Assembly: GCA_050246875.1 (NCBI GenBank) | Contig: JBFWVF010000012.1 | Location: 11,375 to 75,374, forward strand | Source: Alphaproteobacteria bacterium | GTDB taxonomy: Bacteria; Pseudomonadota; Alphaproteobacteria; UBA6615 | Direction: 5' to 3' | DNA: 64,000 nt | Notes under the pieces: model-generated | Told to the model about the DNA's origin: nothing | Databases searched by the model: none | The model's input: the letters and a program-made list of their open reading frames with translations, nothing else | Shown: piece after piece, positions 21,302 to 32,153 of the stretch | Numbering within the stretch: position 1 is the first letter of the stretch | How the letters are laid out: each line of letters starts with the position of its first letter | Translations under genes and position numbers: made by a program

Positions 21302-22353
21302 CCGCGCGCCGCACCGCCCTCATTCCCGGCGCGCTGGGCATCACCGGGCGCTGTCTGCTGGAGCGGCTGGAGCGCGATCCCTCCTGGGACATCGTCGCGC
21401 TGGCGCGGCGCAAGCCCGACTTCCCGACACGCGCCAGGCTGGTCAGCGTCGACCTGCTCGACCCCGCCGAGAGCCGCGCCAGGCTCGGTGCGCTCGGCGA
21501 CGTAACGCATGTGTTCTACTGCGCCTACTCGCCGCGCCCGACCCGTCAGGGCGAATCCGAAACCAATGTCGGCATGCTGGCCAACCTGATGGACGGGCTG
21601 GAGCCGGCGGCGAAGAACCTCGCCCACGTCCAGCTCATGCTGGGCAACAAGTGGTACGGCAGTTCGATCGGCCCGTTCCCGACGCCGACACGCGAGGACG
21701 ACCAGCGGCCGATGGGGCCGAACTTCTATCACGCGCAGCAGGACTGGCTGGTCGCGCGCCGCGCGGGCAAGGCGTGGACCTGGTCGGCGCTGCGGCCGCA
21801 CGGCGTCTGGGGCTTCGCCGTCGGCGGCGCGCTCAACCTGATGAACGCCATTGCCTGCTATGCGGTGATCTCGAAGCATCTCGGCCTGCCGCTGTCCTTC
21901 CCCGGCAAGCCCGGCAATTTCACCGCCATCTACAACATGATCGACGTCGACCTGCTGGCCGAGGCGATGGAGTGGGCGGCGACCGACCCGAAGGCCGCCG
22001 ACCAGGCCTTCAACATGACCAATGGCGACATCCTGCGCTGGTCGAACGTCTGGCCGACGCTGGCGGCGTTCTTCGGCATGGAGGTCGGGCCGCTGCGTAC
22101 GCTGCGGATCGGCGAGATGATGGCCGACAAGGGGCCGGTGTGGGACGAGATCGTCGCCCGCCACGGCCTGCGGCAGCTCAAGCTGCCGGAACTGGCCAAC
22201 TTCAACTACCTCGATTTCGCGCTCGGCGCCGAGTACGACCAGATGGCGCACATGGGCGCCGCCCGGCGCGCTGGCTGGAACCGCTGGCAGGACACCGAGA
22301 AGACGATGACGCGCCAGCTCCAGCGCATCCGCGACCTGCGCGTCATACCCTGA
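21298..22353 (+). CDS. PRISE-like SDR, copy 2
   Basis: GALGITG, GNKWYG, PNFYHAQQD, WTWSALRP; ATGA overlap. Confidence 0.85.
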   Translation: MTARRTALIPGALGITGRCLLERLERDPSWDIVALARRKPDFPTRARLVSVDLLDPAESRARLGALGDVTHVFYCAYSPRPTRQGESETNVGMLANLMDGLEPAAKNLAHVQLMLGNKWYGSSIGPFPTPTREDDQRPMGPNFYHAQQDWLVARRAGKAWTWSALRPHGVWGFAVGGALNLMNAIACYAVISKHLGLPLSFPGKPGNFTAIYNMIDVDLLAEAMEWAATDPKAADQAFNMTNGDILRWSNVWPTLAAFFGMEVGPLRTLRIGEMMADKGPVWDEIVARHGLRQLKLPELANFNYLDFALGAEYDQMAHMGAARRAGWNRWQDTEKTMTRQLQRIRDLRVIP

Positions 22354-22376
22354 GGGCTGCGGCCCGGAGGCCTGCG

Positions 22377-23444
22377 ATGGATTTCGGCATCTTCAATCTG
22401 GTCAACCGCCGCGGCCGCGACCAGGACCCCGGCGTCCTCATCCGCGAATCCGTACGCCAGACGCAACAGGCCGAGCAGGCTGGCTTCGGCATCTCGTGGT
22501 TCGCCGAGCACCACTATTCCAACTACTCGCTGACGCCGTCGCCGCTGCTGATGATCGCGCACTGTGCGGCGACCACCAGCCGCATCCGCCTCGGCAGCGG
22601 CGTCGTGCTCGGCTGCCTCTACGAACCGGCGCGCTTCGTCGGCGAGGTCGCCTACACCGACCAGCTCTGCGAGGGCCGCCTCGTCCTCGGCGTCGGCTCG
22701 GGCTACCAGGCGCACGAGTTGGCGCGCTTCGGCGTCGATCTCGAGCACGCACGCGAGCGCACCGACGAGATGCTCGATATCCTCGACCTGGCCTTCGCCG
22801 AGGGGGTCGTCGAGTACCACGGCCGGCATTTCAGCCTGCCGCGCACGGAACTGTCCGTGCCGGCATTCCGCAAGAGCGGGCCGACGATCTGGCTCGCCGG
22901 CAACAGCCCCGAATCCTGCGCGCTCGCCGCGCGGCACGGCTACCCGCTGTTCTCGTCGGGCTTCGGCATGCCGATCAAGGTGCTGGCCGACGTACGCGGC
23001 CACTACGAGGCGGCGTGGCGCGAGGCCGGCCGCCGGGCCGCCGACATGCACTACGGCGTGCTGCGCTTCGGCTACGTCAGCGACGACCGCGCCGAGGCCC
23101 TGCGCTTCGCCGACAACGCGCAGTACCAGCTCCGCATGTCGCGCTTCCTGCGCAAGGGCCAGACCGCGCTCGACAGCGCCTTCCTGCCCGAGGAGCCGTT
23201 CCAGGGCGAGGCCAGTCCCGAGGAGATCGCGCGGCGCAACCCGATCGGCGGCCCGGCCGAAGTGGTCGACAAGATCCTCGCCGAGATCGAGGCGACCGGG
23301 CCGCGCCATTTCGGCTTCATCATGGCCATGGGCGGCATGAGCCACGCCGAGATCATGCGCTCGATCGACCGCTTCGGCGCCGACGTCATCCCCGCCGTGA
23401 ACAACGCCCTGGCGGCACAGGGTTCCGCGGCCGCCGCGCAGTAG
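22377..23444 (+). CDS. LLM class (luciferase-like) flavin-dependent oxidoreductase, copy 1
   Basis: WFAEHHYSNY, RIRLGSGV, GRLVLGVGSGY; SD GGAGG. Confidence 0.9.
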   Translation: MDFGIFNLVNRRGRDQDPGVLIRESVRQTQQAEQAGFGISWFAEHHYSNYSLTPSPLLMIAHCAATTSRIRLGSGVVLGCLYEPARFVGEVAYTDQLCEGRLVLGVGSGYQAHELARFGVDLEHARERTDEMLDILDLAFAEGVVEYHGRHFSLPRTELSVPAFRKSGPTIWLAGNSPESCALAARHGYPLFSSGFGMPIKVLADVRGHYEAAWREAGRRAADMHYGVLRFGYVSDDRAEALRFADNAQYQLRMSRFLRKGQTALDSAFLPEEPFQGEASPEEIARRNPIGGPAEVVDKILAEIEATGPRHFGFIMAMGGMSHAEIMRSIDRFGADVIPAVNNALAAQGSAAAAQ

Positions 23445-23505
23445 CGGCGTTCCCAAAGCCCGGCGTTTGTGGTGTGGTGACGGGCGGGAACAGGAAGCGC
23501 TGACC

Positions 23506-24327
23506 ATGGCCCCCGACCTGCTCGACCTCGACGCCCTCGCCGCCCGCGTGCCGGACGGCGCCGTCGTCGCCGTGCCGCCGGACTACAGCGGCGTGGCCCT
23601 GGCGGCGACGCTGGCGCTGATCGCGCGCGGCGTGCGCGGCCTGCACCTTGTCGGCGTGCCGTCGACCGGCTTCCAGGGCGACTGGCTGGTCGGCGCCGGC
23701 TGCGTCGCGACCATCGAGGCGGCGGCCGTAACCATCGGCGAGTACGGCCCGGCGCCGCGCTTCACCGCCGCCATGAAGGCCGGCGCGATCCGCATGGTCG
23801 ACGGCACCTGTCCGGCCATCCACGCCGGCCTGCAGGCGGCCGAGAAGGGCCTGCCCTTCATGCCGCTGCGCGGCATCATCGGCTCCGACCTCGCCGTCGG
23901 CCGCGACGACTGGAAGCTCGGACAGAATCCGTTCGCCGACGACGACCCCATCCTGATGATCCGCGCCATCCGGCCGGACGTCGCGCTGTTCCATGCCGCC
24001 AAGGCCGACCGCGCCGGCAATGTGTGGATCGGCGTGCGCCGCGAGCTGATGCTGATGGCGCATGCGGCGAAGGCGACGCTGGTGACGGTCGAGGAGATCG
24101 TCGACGGCGACCTGCTGGACGACGACGCCACCGCCGCCGGCACCATCCCGGCGCTGTACGTCTCCGCCGTCGCCGAGGCGCGCCACGGCATGAAGCCGCT
24201 CGGCCTGCGCCGCGTCTACGGCCCCGACGAGGCGGCGCTGCGCCGCTACGTCGAGACGGCCCGCACCGACGAAGGCTTCCGCACCTGGCTCGACGAGGCC
24301 CTGCCGCGCCCGCGGGCCGCCGAATGA
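23506..24327 (+). CDS. CoA-transferase subunit A (glutaconate CoA-transferase-like)
   Basis: GLQAAEKGLPFMPLRG..GSDL, RPDVALFHA..ADRAGN. Confidence 0.85.
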   Translation: MAPDLLDLDALAARVPDGAVVAVPPDYSGVALAATLALIARGVRGLHLVGVPSTGFQGDWLVGAGCVATIEAAAVTIGEYGPAPRFTAAMKAGAIRMVDGTCPAIHAGLQAAEKGLPFMPLRGIIGSDLAVGRDDWKLGQNPFADDDPILMIRAIRPDVALFHAAKADRAGNVWIGVRRELMLMAHAAKATLVTVEEIVDGDLLDDDATAAGTIPALYVSAVAEARHGMKPLGLRRVYGPDEAALRRYVETARTDEGFRTWLDEALPRPRAAE

Positions 24328-25070
24328 GCGCGCCCGCCTGCCGGCCGGAGGAACTGCTGATCGCCACCGTGGCGACGATGCTGGATGGCCTGAACCATGT
24401 CGCGGTCGGCGCCTCGTCGCCCATCCCGGGCGCGGCGGCGCTGCTGGCCCGCGCGCGCGGCGGCGGCCGGCCGGCGGTCTCAATCCTCGGCGCCGTCGAC
24501 GAGAACGCCTTCACCGACGGCGGCAAGGAGCTGTTCGACTGCGCCGCCGAGGGCCGTATCGACGCCTTCTTTCTTGGCGGCGGCCAGATCGACGGCGAGG
24601 CCAACATCAACCTCGTCGGCATCGGCGACCCGGCGCGGCCGAAGGTGCGCTTCCCCGGCTCCTTCGGTTCGGCCTACCTCTATTTCCTCGTGCCGCGCGT
24701 CATCCTGTTCCGCGAGGAGCATACGCCGCGCGTGCTGGTGCCGCGGGTCGACTACATCTCAGCGCCCGGCTGGAGCGCGCCCAACGTCTATCGTCCGGGC
24801 GGCCCCCACGCGCTGGTCACCGGCCGCTGCGTCTTTGCCTGGCAAAAGGACAGCCACCGCTTCCGCCTCGCCTCGGTCCATCCCGGCCATACCGCCGCCG
24901 AGGTGCGCGCCGAGACCGGCTTCGACTACGACGTCCCCCGCGACGTGCCAGAAACGGCCGTGCCGGACGCCGTGACGCTGGCCCTCATGCGCGGAAGGGT
25001 CGCCGGCGAGATTGCCCGCACCTACCCCGCTTTCGCCGCGCGCGTCTGGAATGTGGCGGCGGCGGCCTGA
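24324..25070 (+). CDS. CoA-transferase subunit B
   Basis: FFLGGGQIDGEANINL, RFPGSFGS, SVHPG; ATGA overlap. Confidence 0.85.
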   Translation: MSAPACRPEELLIATVATMLDGLNHVAVGASSPIPGAAALLARARGGGRPAVSILGAVDENAFTDGGKELFDCAAEGRIDAFFLGGGQIDGEANINLVGIGDPARPKVRFPGSFGSAYLYFLVPRVILFREEHTPRVLVPRVDYISAPGWSAPNVYRPGGPHALVTGRCVFAWQKDSHRFRLASVHPGHTAAEVRAETGFDYDVPRDVPETAVPDAVTLALMRGRVAGEIARTYPAFAARVWNVAAAA

Positions 25071-25105
25071 GATCGACCTGTTCCCATCCGTCAGCGGACT
25101 GTGAA

Positions 25106-26317
25106 ATGACCGAGGAAGCACCATCGGCCGGCGCGCTCGCGGGCCTCAAGATCGTCGACCTGACACGCGTGCTCGGCGGGCCGTACTGCACGCAGATGCT
25201 CGCCGACCACGGCGCGACCGTGATCAAGGTCGAGCCGCCGCACGGCGACGAGACGCGCGACTGGGGACCGCCGTTCCACGAGGGCGACGCCTCCTATTAC
25301 ATCGGGCTCAACCGTAACAAGCGCAACATCGGCCTCGACCTCGGCGTACCGGAGGCGCGCGCGGTGCTGCTGCGGATGCTCGAGGACGCCGATGTCCTCG
25401 TCGAGAACTACAAGGCCGGCACGCTGGAGCGCTGGGAGATCGGATACAGCCAGCTCTCCGCGCGCTTTCCGAAGCTGATCCACTGCCGGCTGACCGGTTT
25501 CGGCGCCGACGGGCCGATGGGCGGCCTGCCCGGCTACGACGCCGTGATCCAGGCCATGGCCGGCTGGATGTCGGTCAACGGCAGCGCCGCCGACCGCGTG
25601 CCGACGCGCGTCGGCATCGCCATGGTCGACATGGGCACCGGCCTCTACACCGCCAACGCCATCCTGATGGCGCTCCACGAGCGCGCGCGGTCGGGCAAGG
25701 GCCAGTTCATCGACATGACGCTCTACGATTGCGCCGTGTCGCTGATGCACCCCTACATTCCCAACTACACGCTGTCGGGCAAGGTGCCGCAGATCACCGG
25801 CAACCCGCACACCAACCTCGCGCCCTACGACAAGTTCCCGACGAAGACCGTCGACATCTTCATCGCCTGCGGCAACAACCGCTCCTTCCGCCGCCTGTGC
25901 GCCGAGATCGGCGCGCCGAAACTGGCCGACGACGCGCGCTTCCGCAACAACAGCGACCGCATCTCCAACCTGCCGGCCCTGCGCGCCGCGCTGGAGGGGC
26001 CGCTGGCCGGGCACGACGGCGAGGCGCTGTGCAGGCGGCTGCTGGAGGCCGGCGTGCCGGCCGGGCCGGTGCGCAACGTCGCCCAGGTGCTGGAGAACGA
26101 CCACACCATCCACCGCAAAATGGCGGCGTCGCACGACTGGTACCGGGGCGCCGGCATCCCCATCAAGTTCTCGCGCACGCCCGGCTCGATCCGCTCGACG
26201 CCGCCGAAGTTCGGCCAGTACGGCCGCGCCATCCTCGCCGAGCACGGCTACTCGGAAGCCGAGATCGAGGCGATGCTCTCGGCCGGCGCGCTGGTCGAGG
26301 AGCGGCGGAAGCTCTGA
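25106..26317 (+). CDS. CaiB/BaiF family III CoA-transferase
   Basis: DLTRVLGGPYCTQMLAD, KVEPPHGD, NRNKR, PGYD. Confidence 0.93.
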   Translation: MTEEAPSAGALAGLKIVDLTRVLGGPYCTQMLADHGATVIKVEPPHGDETRDWGPPFHEGDASYYIGLNRNKRNIGLDLGVPEARAVLLRMLEDADVLVENYKAGTLERWEIGYSQLSARFPKLIHCRLTGFGADGPMGGLPGYDAVIQAMAGWMSVNGSAADRVPTRVGIAMVDMGTGLYTANAILMALHERARSGKGQFIDMTLYDCAVSLMHPYIPNYTLSGKVPQITGNPHTNLAPYDKFPTKTVDIFIACGNNRSFRRLCAEIGAPKLADDARFRNNSDRISNLPALRAALEGPLAGHDGEALCRRLLEAGVPAGPVRNVAQVLENDHTIHRKMAASHDWYRGAGIPIKFSRTPGSIRSTPPKFGQYGRAILAEHGYSEAEIEAMLSAGALVEERRKL

Positions 26318-26373
26318 GGGCCGCGCCGCAGGGTCGCGGTGCATCGGCGGGCCGGCAGGGGTATAAGGCCGGG

Positions 26374-27507
26374 ATGGACTCCGGCGCCCCCGACAGGACC
26401 GCCCCAGAAGACGACGCCTTGGCCGTCGCGCCGCCGCGCGGCCGTGCCGCGGCCCAGGCCGACGCACTGGCCCGCTCGGGCGAGCCCGGCGGACTGCTGC
26501 GCGACGCCTGGTACTTCGCGCTGCCGTCGGCGGCGCTGGCGCGCGGCGCCATGCGGCCGGCGACCATCGCCGGCGAGCCGATGCTGTTCTGCCGCGCCGC
26601 CGACGGCGCCGCCTTCGCGCTCCGCGACATCTGCCCGCACCGGGCGATCCCGCTGCGCCACGGCCGCTTCGACGGCAACGAGGTCGAGTGCTGCTACCAC
26701 GGCTGGCGCTTCGACCGCAGCGGCGCCTGCACCGCCGTGCCGTCGCTGGTCGAGGGCCAGCGCCTCAATCTCGGGCGCATCAACTGCGGCCGCTATCCGG
26801 TGCACGAGGCGCAGGGCTGCGTCTGGGTGTTCGCCGGCACCGACGCGACGGACGTGCCGCCGCCGCGCCTGCCGGACGTGGCCTCGGGCAAGCCGCGCCT
26901 CGTTCTGACCTCCGACTTCCCCTGCAACGTCGACCATGCGGTCGTCGGCCTGATGGATCCGGCGCACGGCCCCTACGTGCACCGCAGCTGGTGGTGGCGG
27001 CCGGGCGGCACGGCACATGAGAAGGCCAAGCGCTTCGGCCCGGTCGACCTCGGCTTCGCCATGCTGCGCCATCGCCCGTCGTCGAATTCGCTGGCCTACA
27101 GGCTGCTCGGCGGCGTGCCCGAGACCGAGATCGCCTTCCGCCTGCCGGGCATCCGCACCGAGCACGTCATCGCCGGCCGCCACCAGGTGCTGTCGCTGAC
27201 CTGCGTCACCCCGGTGGATGCCAACCGCACGATCGTCCACCAGATGCTGTGGTGGACGCCGGCACTGCTGACCGCGCTCAAGCCGGTCATCGCCGGGTTC
27301 GCGCGCGCCTTCATCGGCCAGGACCGCCGCGTCGTGGTGCTGCAGCAGGAGGGGCTGGCGCACGACCCGCCCCTCATGCTGGTCAACGACGCCGACACCC
27401 AGGCGCGCTGGTACTACCGCCTCAAGCGCGACTGGGCGCGGTCGCGCGTCGATGGCCGCCCCTTCGTCAATCCGGTGCCCGAGACGACGCTGCGGTGGAC
27501 GAGCTGA
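26374..27507 (+). CDS. Rieske non-heme iron oxygenase alpha subunit (VanA-like)
   Basis: CPHR...CCYHGW Rieske motif; DPAHGPYVH mononuclear Fe motif. Confidence 0.88.
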   Translation: MDSGAPDRTAPEDDALAVAPPRGRAAAQADALARSGEPGGLLRDAWYFALPSAALARGAMRPATIAGEPMLFCRAADGAAFALRDICPHRAIPLRHGRFDGNEVECCYHGWRFDRSGACTAVPSLVEGQRLNLGRINCGRYPVHEAQGCVWVFAGTDATDVPPPRLPDVASGKPRLVLTSDFPCNVDHAVVGLMDPAHGPYVHRSWWWRPGGTAHEKAKRFGPVDLGFAMLRHRPSSNSLAYRLLGGVPETEIAFRLPGIRTEHVIAGRHQVLSLTCVTPVDANRTIVHQMLWWTPALLTALKPVIAGFARAFIGQDRRVVVLQQEGLAHDPPLMLVNDADTQARWYYRLKRDWARSRVDGRPFVNPVPETTLRWTS

Positions 27508-28481
27508 CGCCGCCCGAGATCGTCGCGCACGCCGACTGGTCGATTCGTCCCGTCGGCCGCCGTATCGCCATAGCTCGCCGCCGCAACGACACCTGGACGG
27601 TCGCACCGGCGATCGAGGCTGGCGACGTCGACGACCTCGCCGCGCGCCTGCTCGCCGAGGCCCGCGGCGGCACCGTCCTGCTCGGCGTCGACTTCCCCAT
27701 CGGCCTGCCCGCGGCTTACGCGGCGCGGGCCGGCATCGACCGCTTCCTCGACTGGCTGGCTTCGGCAGGCACCGGGCGCTGGCGGCAATTCTACGATCCG
27801 GCGACCACGGCCGCCGAAATCGCCCTCGGCCGCCCCTTCTATCCGGCCCGTCCCGGCGGCACGCGGCGCCACCACCTCGTCGACGCGCTCGGCGTCGATG
27901 CGTTCGCCGCGTTGCACCGCTACTGCGATCTCGGCGAGGGCCGCGCCGCGGCGGCGCCGCTGTTCTGGACGATGGGCGGCAACCAGGTCGGCAAGGCGGC
28001 GATCTGCGGCTGGCGCGACCTCATCGCGCCGGCGCGGCGGCGTTGGCCCCGCCAGATCCACATCTGGCCCTTCGACGGCCCGCTCGCCGCGCTGCTGGCG
28101 CGGCCGGGCCTGATCGTCGCCGAGACCTATCCGGGCGAGATCTACCACCACCTTGACCTCGGCATCCGCGACCGCCGCCGCTCCAAGCGCCGGCAGGCCG
28201 ACCGCGCCGCCGACGCGCCGCGCCTGCGCGCCGTCGCCCGCGGCCTGTCGCTGCGCCTGTCGGCCGAGGCCGCCGCCGCGATCGACGACGGCTACGGCCC
28301 GCGCAAGGAGGGCGAGGACTCCTTCGACGCCACCGTCGGCCTGCTCGGCATGCTCAACATCCTGCGCGGCAACCGGCCGGAGGGTGCGCCGGACCATCCG
28401 CTGATCCGCACGGTCGAGGGCTGGATCCTCGGCCAGCGCCCCTCCGGCGCGGTGATTGAGATTGCCTCGCCGAAGCCCTAA
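27495..28481 (+). CDS. DUF429-like protein
   Basis: AHADWS, GVDFPIGLP, NQVGKA, IWPFDG, AETYP, DSFDA, EGWILG. Confidence 0.7.
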   Translation: MDELTPPEIVAHADWSIRPVGRRIAIARRRNDTWTVAPAIEAGDVDDLAARLLAEARGGTVLLGVDFPIGLPAAYAARAGIDRFLDWLASAGTGRWRQFYDPATTAAEIALGRPFYPARPGGTRRHHLVDALGVDAFAALHRYCDLGEGRAAAAPLFWTMGGNQVGKAAICGWRDLIAPARRRWPRQIHIWPFDGPLAALLARPGLIVAETYPGEIYHHLDLGIRDRRRSKRRQADRAADAPRLRAVARGLSLRLSAEAAAAIDDGYGPRKEGEDSFDATVGLLGMLNILRGNRPEGAPDHPLIRTVEGWILGQRPSGAVIEIASPKP

Positions 28482-28536
28482 AACCTTGCTGCCCGGTCCC
28501 GACCACGAAGGCCGGCGGACGATTTCTGGAGGAAAC

Positions 28537-29298
28537 ATGGACGTCAAGGGCAAAGCCGCCCTGATCACCGGCGGCGGCTCCGGCATCGGCGCCGAGTGCA
28601 TGCGTCACCTCGCCCGCGCCGGCATGAAGGTCGCGGCCCTCGACGTGAACATGGACGGCGCGCGCGCGGTGGCGGCGGAGACCGGCGGCATCGCCGTCGA
28701 ATGCAACGTCACGTCCTCGGACAGCGCCGAAGCCGCGGTGAAGGCGGCGCGCGACAAGCATGGCATCGCGCAGGTGCTGATCAACTGCGCCGGCGTCGGC
28801 ACGGTCGGCCGCATCATCGGGCGCAACGGACCGATGCCGCTGGCCGACTTCGAGCGCACCATCGCCATCAACCTGACCGGCTCGTTCAACCTCATGCGCC
28901 TCGCCGTGTTCGACATGTACAACGTCGAGCCGGGCGAGGACGGCGAGCGCGGCATGGTCGTCAACACCGCCTCGGTCGCCGCTTTCGAGGGCCAGATCGG
29001 CCAGGCCGCCTACGCCTCGTCCAAGGGCGGCATCGTCGCGCTGACCCTGCAGGCGGCCCGCGAGTTCGCCTCGCGTGGGGTGCGCGTCAACACCATCTCG
29101 CCGGGCCTGATCGAGACGCCGATGCTGCTCGGCCTGCCCGAGGCCGCGCAGCAGAGCCTGCGCGAGCAGCCGGAGTTCCCCAAACGCCTCGGCCGGCCAG
29201 AGGAGTATGCCCGCCTGGTGCTGCATCTGGCCGAAAACGTGCTGATCAACGGCACCGTCATCCGGCTTGACGGCGCCCTCCGCATGGCCGCCCGCTGA
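28537..29298 (+). CDS. SDR, type II 3-hydroxyacyl-CoA dehydrogenase-like
   Basis: TGGGSGIG, NCAG, ASVAAFEGQIGQAAYASSKGG, RLDGALRM. Confidence 0.9.
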   Translation: MDVKGKAALITGGGSGIGAECMRHLARAGMKVAALDVNMDGARAVAAETGGIAVECNVTSSDSAEAAVKAARDKHGIAQVLINCAGVGTVGRIIGRNGPMPLADFERTIAINLTGSFNLMRLAVFDMYNVEPGEDGERGMVVNTASVAAFEGQIGQAAYASSKGGIVALTLQAAREFASRGVRVNTISPGLIETPMLLGLPEAAQQSLREQPEFPKRLGRPEEYARLVLHLAENVLINGTVIRLDGALRMAAR

Positions 29299-29392
29299 CA
29301 TTCCGCCCCGTGCCCGCGGCGACCGCCGCCGCAGGGCACACATGCAGGCGCCGCGCAGCGTCGCGACGCCGGCCGGAGTAAGCTCGCCCGCC

Positions 29393-30310
29393 ATGCCCGC
29401 CGGTGAGACCCTTCAGGCTGCCGCCGCACCCCTGCGCGGCGCGCTCTACATGATCGCCGCGGCGGCGTTCTTCGCCGCCATGTCGGCGCTGGTCCGCTAT
29501 GGCAGCGCGTTCGCGCACGTGTTCGAGCTGTCGTTCATGCGCGCCGCCTTCGGCTTCGTCATGATGCTGCCCTTCCTGCTGCACGGGCGCGCCGACGCAC
29601 TGCGCATGAAGAGCCCGCGCCTGCACCTGTTCCGCGGCTCGATGTCGTTCATCGGCACCCTGTGCTGGTTCGGCGCCGTTTCGCTGCTACCGCTCGCCGA
29701 GGCGGTCGCGCTCAACTTCACCGCGCCGCTGTTTGCCACCGTGCTGGCGGCCATCGTGCTGCACGAGATCGTCCGCGCGCGGCGCTGGACGGCGACGCTG
29801 GTCGGCTTCGCCGGCGTCCTGCTGGTGTTGCGCCCCGGCGTCGAAGTGATCTCGTCCGGCTGCCTGCTGGCCCTCGGCAGCGCCGCTACCATCGCCTGCA
29901 ACACGCTGGTGGTGCGCACAATGATGAGGACCGAGTCTGCCGGAACGGTCGTGCTGACGCTGTCGGCGCTGCTTACCTTCTTCACCGCCGTTCCCTATGC
30001 CGTGCTGTGGACGGCACCGAGCTGGGAACTGCTCGCCGTCGGCGTCGCCATGGGGCTGTGCGGCACGCTCGGCCACATCGCCTTCAGCCGCTCTCTGGCC
30101 CACGCCGAGGCGTCGGCCGTGATGCCGCTCGACTTCGCCCGCCTGCCCTTCGCCGTCGCCCTCGGCCTCGTCGCCTTCGGCGAGTGGCCCGACGCCTGGA
30201 CCATCGGCGGCGGCCTCGTCATCGCCGGCTCCGCCGCCTACATCATGCACCGCGAGGCCGTCGCCATGCGCCGTCCGACTGTCCCCGTCGCCGGCGAGGC
30301 CGGACGATGA
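29393..30310 (+). CDS. DMT/EamA family transporter 1 (start could be 29342)
   Basis: ~10 hydrophobic segments, FTAPLF, GFAGVLLVLRPG, PLDFARL. Confidence 0.88.
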   Translation: MPAGETLQAAAAPLRGALYMIAAAAFFAAMSALVRYGSAFAHVFELSFMRAAFGFVMMLPFLLHGRADALRMKSPRLHLFRGSMSFIGTLCWFGAVSLLPLAEAVALNFTAPLFATVLAAIVLHEIVRARRWTATLVGFAGVLLVLRPGVEVISSGCLLALGSAATIACNTLVVRTMMRTESAGTVVLTLSALLTFFTAVPYAVLWTAPSWELLAVGVAMGLCGTLGHIAFSRSLAHAEASAVMPLDFARLPFAVALGLVAFGEWPDAWTIGGGLVIAGSAAYIMHREAVAMRRPTVPVAGEAGR

Positions 30311-31221
30311 GCCCGGCGACGAACGCCGCGCCGCACGTCGCCACCAACGTGGTGCTCGGCGCCATGCTGATGGTGGCGCAGGCGGCCTGCTTCGCCGGCA
30401 CGCACACCATCGTGCGCTTCGCCATCGCCGACGTGCATGCGCTGGAGGTGGTGTTCTTCCGTTTCGCCTTTGGCGCGCTGCTGCTGCTGCCGCTGGCCCT
30501 GCGCCACCGCTTCGCCCAGATGCGCACGCAGCAGCTCGGCAAGCAGATGCTGTGCGGCGTGTTCAACGCCTCGACCACGCTGACGATCTTCTGGGCGCTG
30601 ATGCTGCTGCCGCTGGCCGATGCCACGGCGCTGAACTTCACCGTGCCAATGTTCACGCTGCTGCTCGCCGCGATCCTGCTCAAGGAAAAGGTCGACTTCG
30701 GCCGCGCCGCCGCCGTCGTCGTCGGCTTCGCCGGCGTGCTGGTCATCGTGCGGCCGGGCTTCGCGCAGGTCTCGTGGCCGGTGCTGCTGCCGATCGCCGC
30801 CGCGCTGCAGCTCGCCTGCGCCATGCTACTGACCAAGAGCCTGACGCGGACCGACGGGCCGCTGACCATCCTCATGCACCAGTCACTGTGGTCGAGCGTT
30901 TTCGCCGGTCTCGCCCTGCCCTTCGTGTGGACGACACCGGCATGGTCGACGCTGGGCATCGCGCTGGCCATGGCGGCGCTCGGCACGATCGGCATCTTCC
31001 TCACCGCGCGGGCGATGACGCTGGCCGACGCCTCGGTGATGGTGCCGTTCGACTACGCCCGCCTGCCCTTCGTCGCCGTGCTCGCCTACTTCGTCTACGC
31101 CGAAGTGCCGGGCCCGTGGACCTGGGTCGGCGGCGCGATCATCGCCGTGGCCTCGATCTACCTCGCCCAGCGCGAACGCCGCGCCGAACGAGCGCGGCGG
31201 CAGGTGAGTGCCACGGCATGA
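30307..31221 (+). CDS. DMT/EamA family transporter 2
   Basis: FTVPMF, GFAGVLVIVRPG, PFDYARL; ATGA overlap. Confidence 0.88.
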   Translation: MSPATNAAPHVATNVVLGAMLMVAQAACFAGTHTIVRFAIADVHALEVVFFRFAFGALLLLPLALRHRFAQMRTQQLGKQMLCGVFNASTTLTIFWALMLLPLADATALNFTVPMFTLLLAAILLKEKVDFGRAAAVVVGFAGVLVIVRPGFAQVSWPVLLPIAAALQLACAMLLTKSLTRTDGPLTILMHQSLWSSVFAGLALPFVWTTPAWSTLGIALAMAALGTIGIFLTARAMTLADASVMVPFDYARLPFVAVLAYFVYAEVPGPWTWVGGAIIAVASIYLAQRERRAERARRQVSATA

Positions 31222-32153
31222 GCATCGCGCAGGAACGCCCGGCCATCGCGGTGCCGGCGGCCACGGGCAACGCCGTCCTCGGCGCCGGCCTGTTCACCGC
31301 CGGCGCGGCCAGCTTCGCCACCAGCCATACCCTCGTCCGCTTCGGCACGGCGGACGTGCCCTCGATCGAGATCGCCTTCCTGCGCTTCCTGTCGGCCGCC
31401 GTGCTGATGGCGCCGCTGGCCCTGCGCCGGCGCGCGGGCGTGCTGCGCACGCGCCGCCTGCCGCTGAACATGCTGAATGGCACGCTCAACGCCACCGGGG
31501 CGCTGACGCTGATCTACGCCGTCAACGTGCTGCCGGTGGCGCTGGTGACGGCGCTGACCTTCACCGTGCCGCTGTTCACCACCGTCTTCGCCATCCTGCT
31601 GCTCGGCGAGCGCGCCTCGCCGGTGCGCATCCTCGCCACGCTCGTCGGCTTCGCCGGCGCCCTCGTGGTGCTGCGGCCGGATTCCAACGGCGTTACCTGG
31701 GCGATCCTGCTGCCAGTGGCCGGCGCCATGCAGATGGCGGCGGGCCTGCTGATCACCAAGCGCCTGACGCGCACCGAAGGCTCGCTCACCATCAGCCTGC
31801 ACACCACGCTCTGGTCGCTGGTGGTGATGGGCGCGGCCTGCCCCTTCGTCTGGGTGACGCCGACCTGGCAGGCGCTCGCCGTCGGCGTGGCGATCGGCCT
31901 GACGGGCACGGCCGGCCTGTTCCTCTGGGCGCGCGCCATGAGCCATGCCGACGCCTCGCTGCTGGCACCGTTCGACTACGCGCGCCTGCCGGTCGCGGCA
32001 CTGCTCGCCTACATCGCCTACGGCGAGGTGCCGGGGCTGTGGACCTGGATCGGCGGCGCCATCATCATCGCGGCGACGGCCTGGCTCGCGCGGCGCGAGC
32101 GGCGGGCCGAGCGCGCCCGGCAGGCGACGACAGCAGCGGGAGGTACCCCATGA
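31218..32153 (+). CDS. DMT/EamA family transporter 3
   Basis: FTVPLF, GFAGALVVLRP, PFDYARL; ATGA overlap. Confidence 0.88.
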   Translation: MSIAQERPAIAVPAATGNAVLGAGLFTAGAASFATSHTLVRFGTADVPSIEIAFLRFLSAAVLMAPLALRRRAGVLRTRRLPLNMLNGTLNATGALTLIYAVNVLPVALVTALTFTVPLFTTVFAILLLGERASPVRILATLVGFAGALVVLRPDSNGVTWAILLPVAGAMQMAAGLLITKRLTRTEGSLTISLHTTLWSLVVMGAACPFVWVTPTWQALAVGVAIGLTGTAGLFLWARAMSHADASLLAPFDYARLPVAALLAYIAYGEVPGLWTWIGGAIIIAATAWLARRERRAERARQATTAAGGTP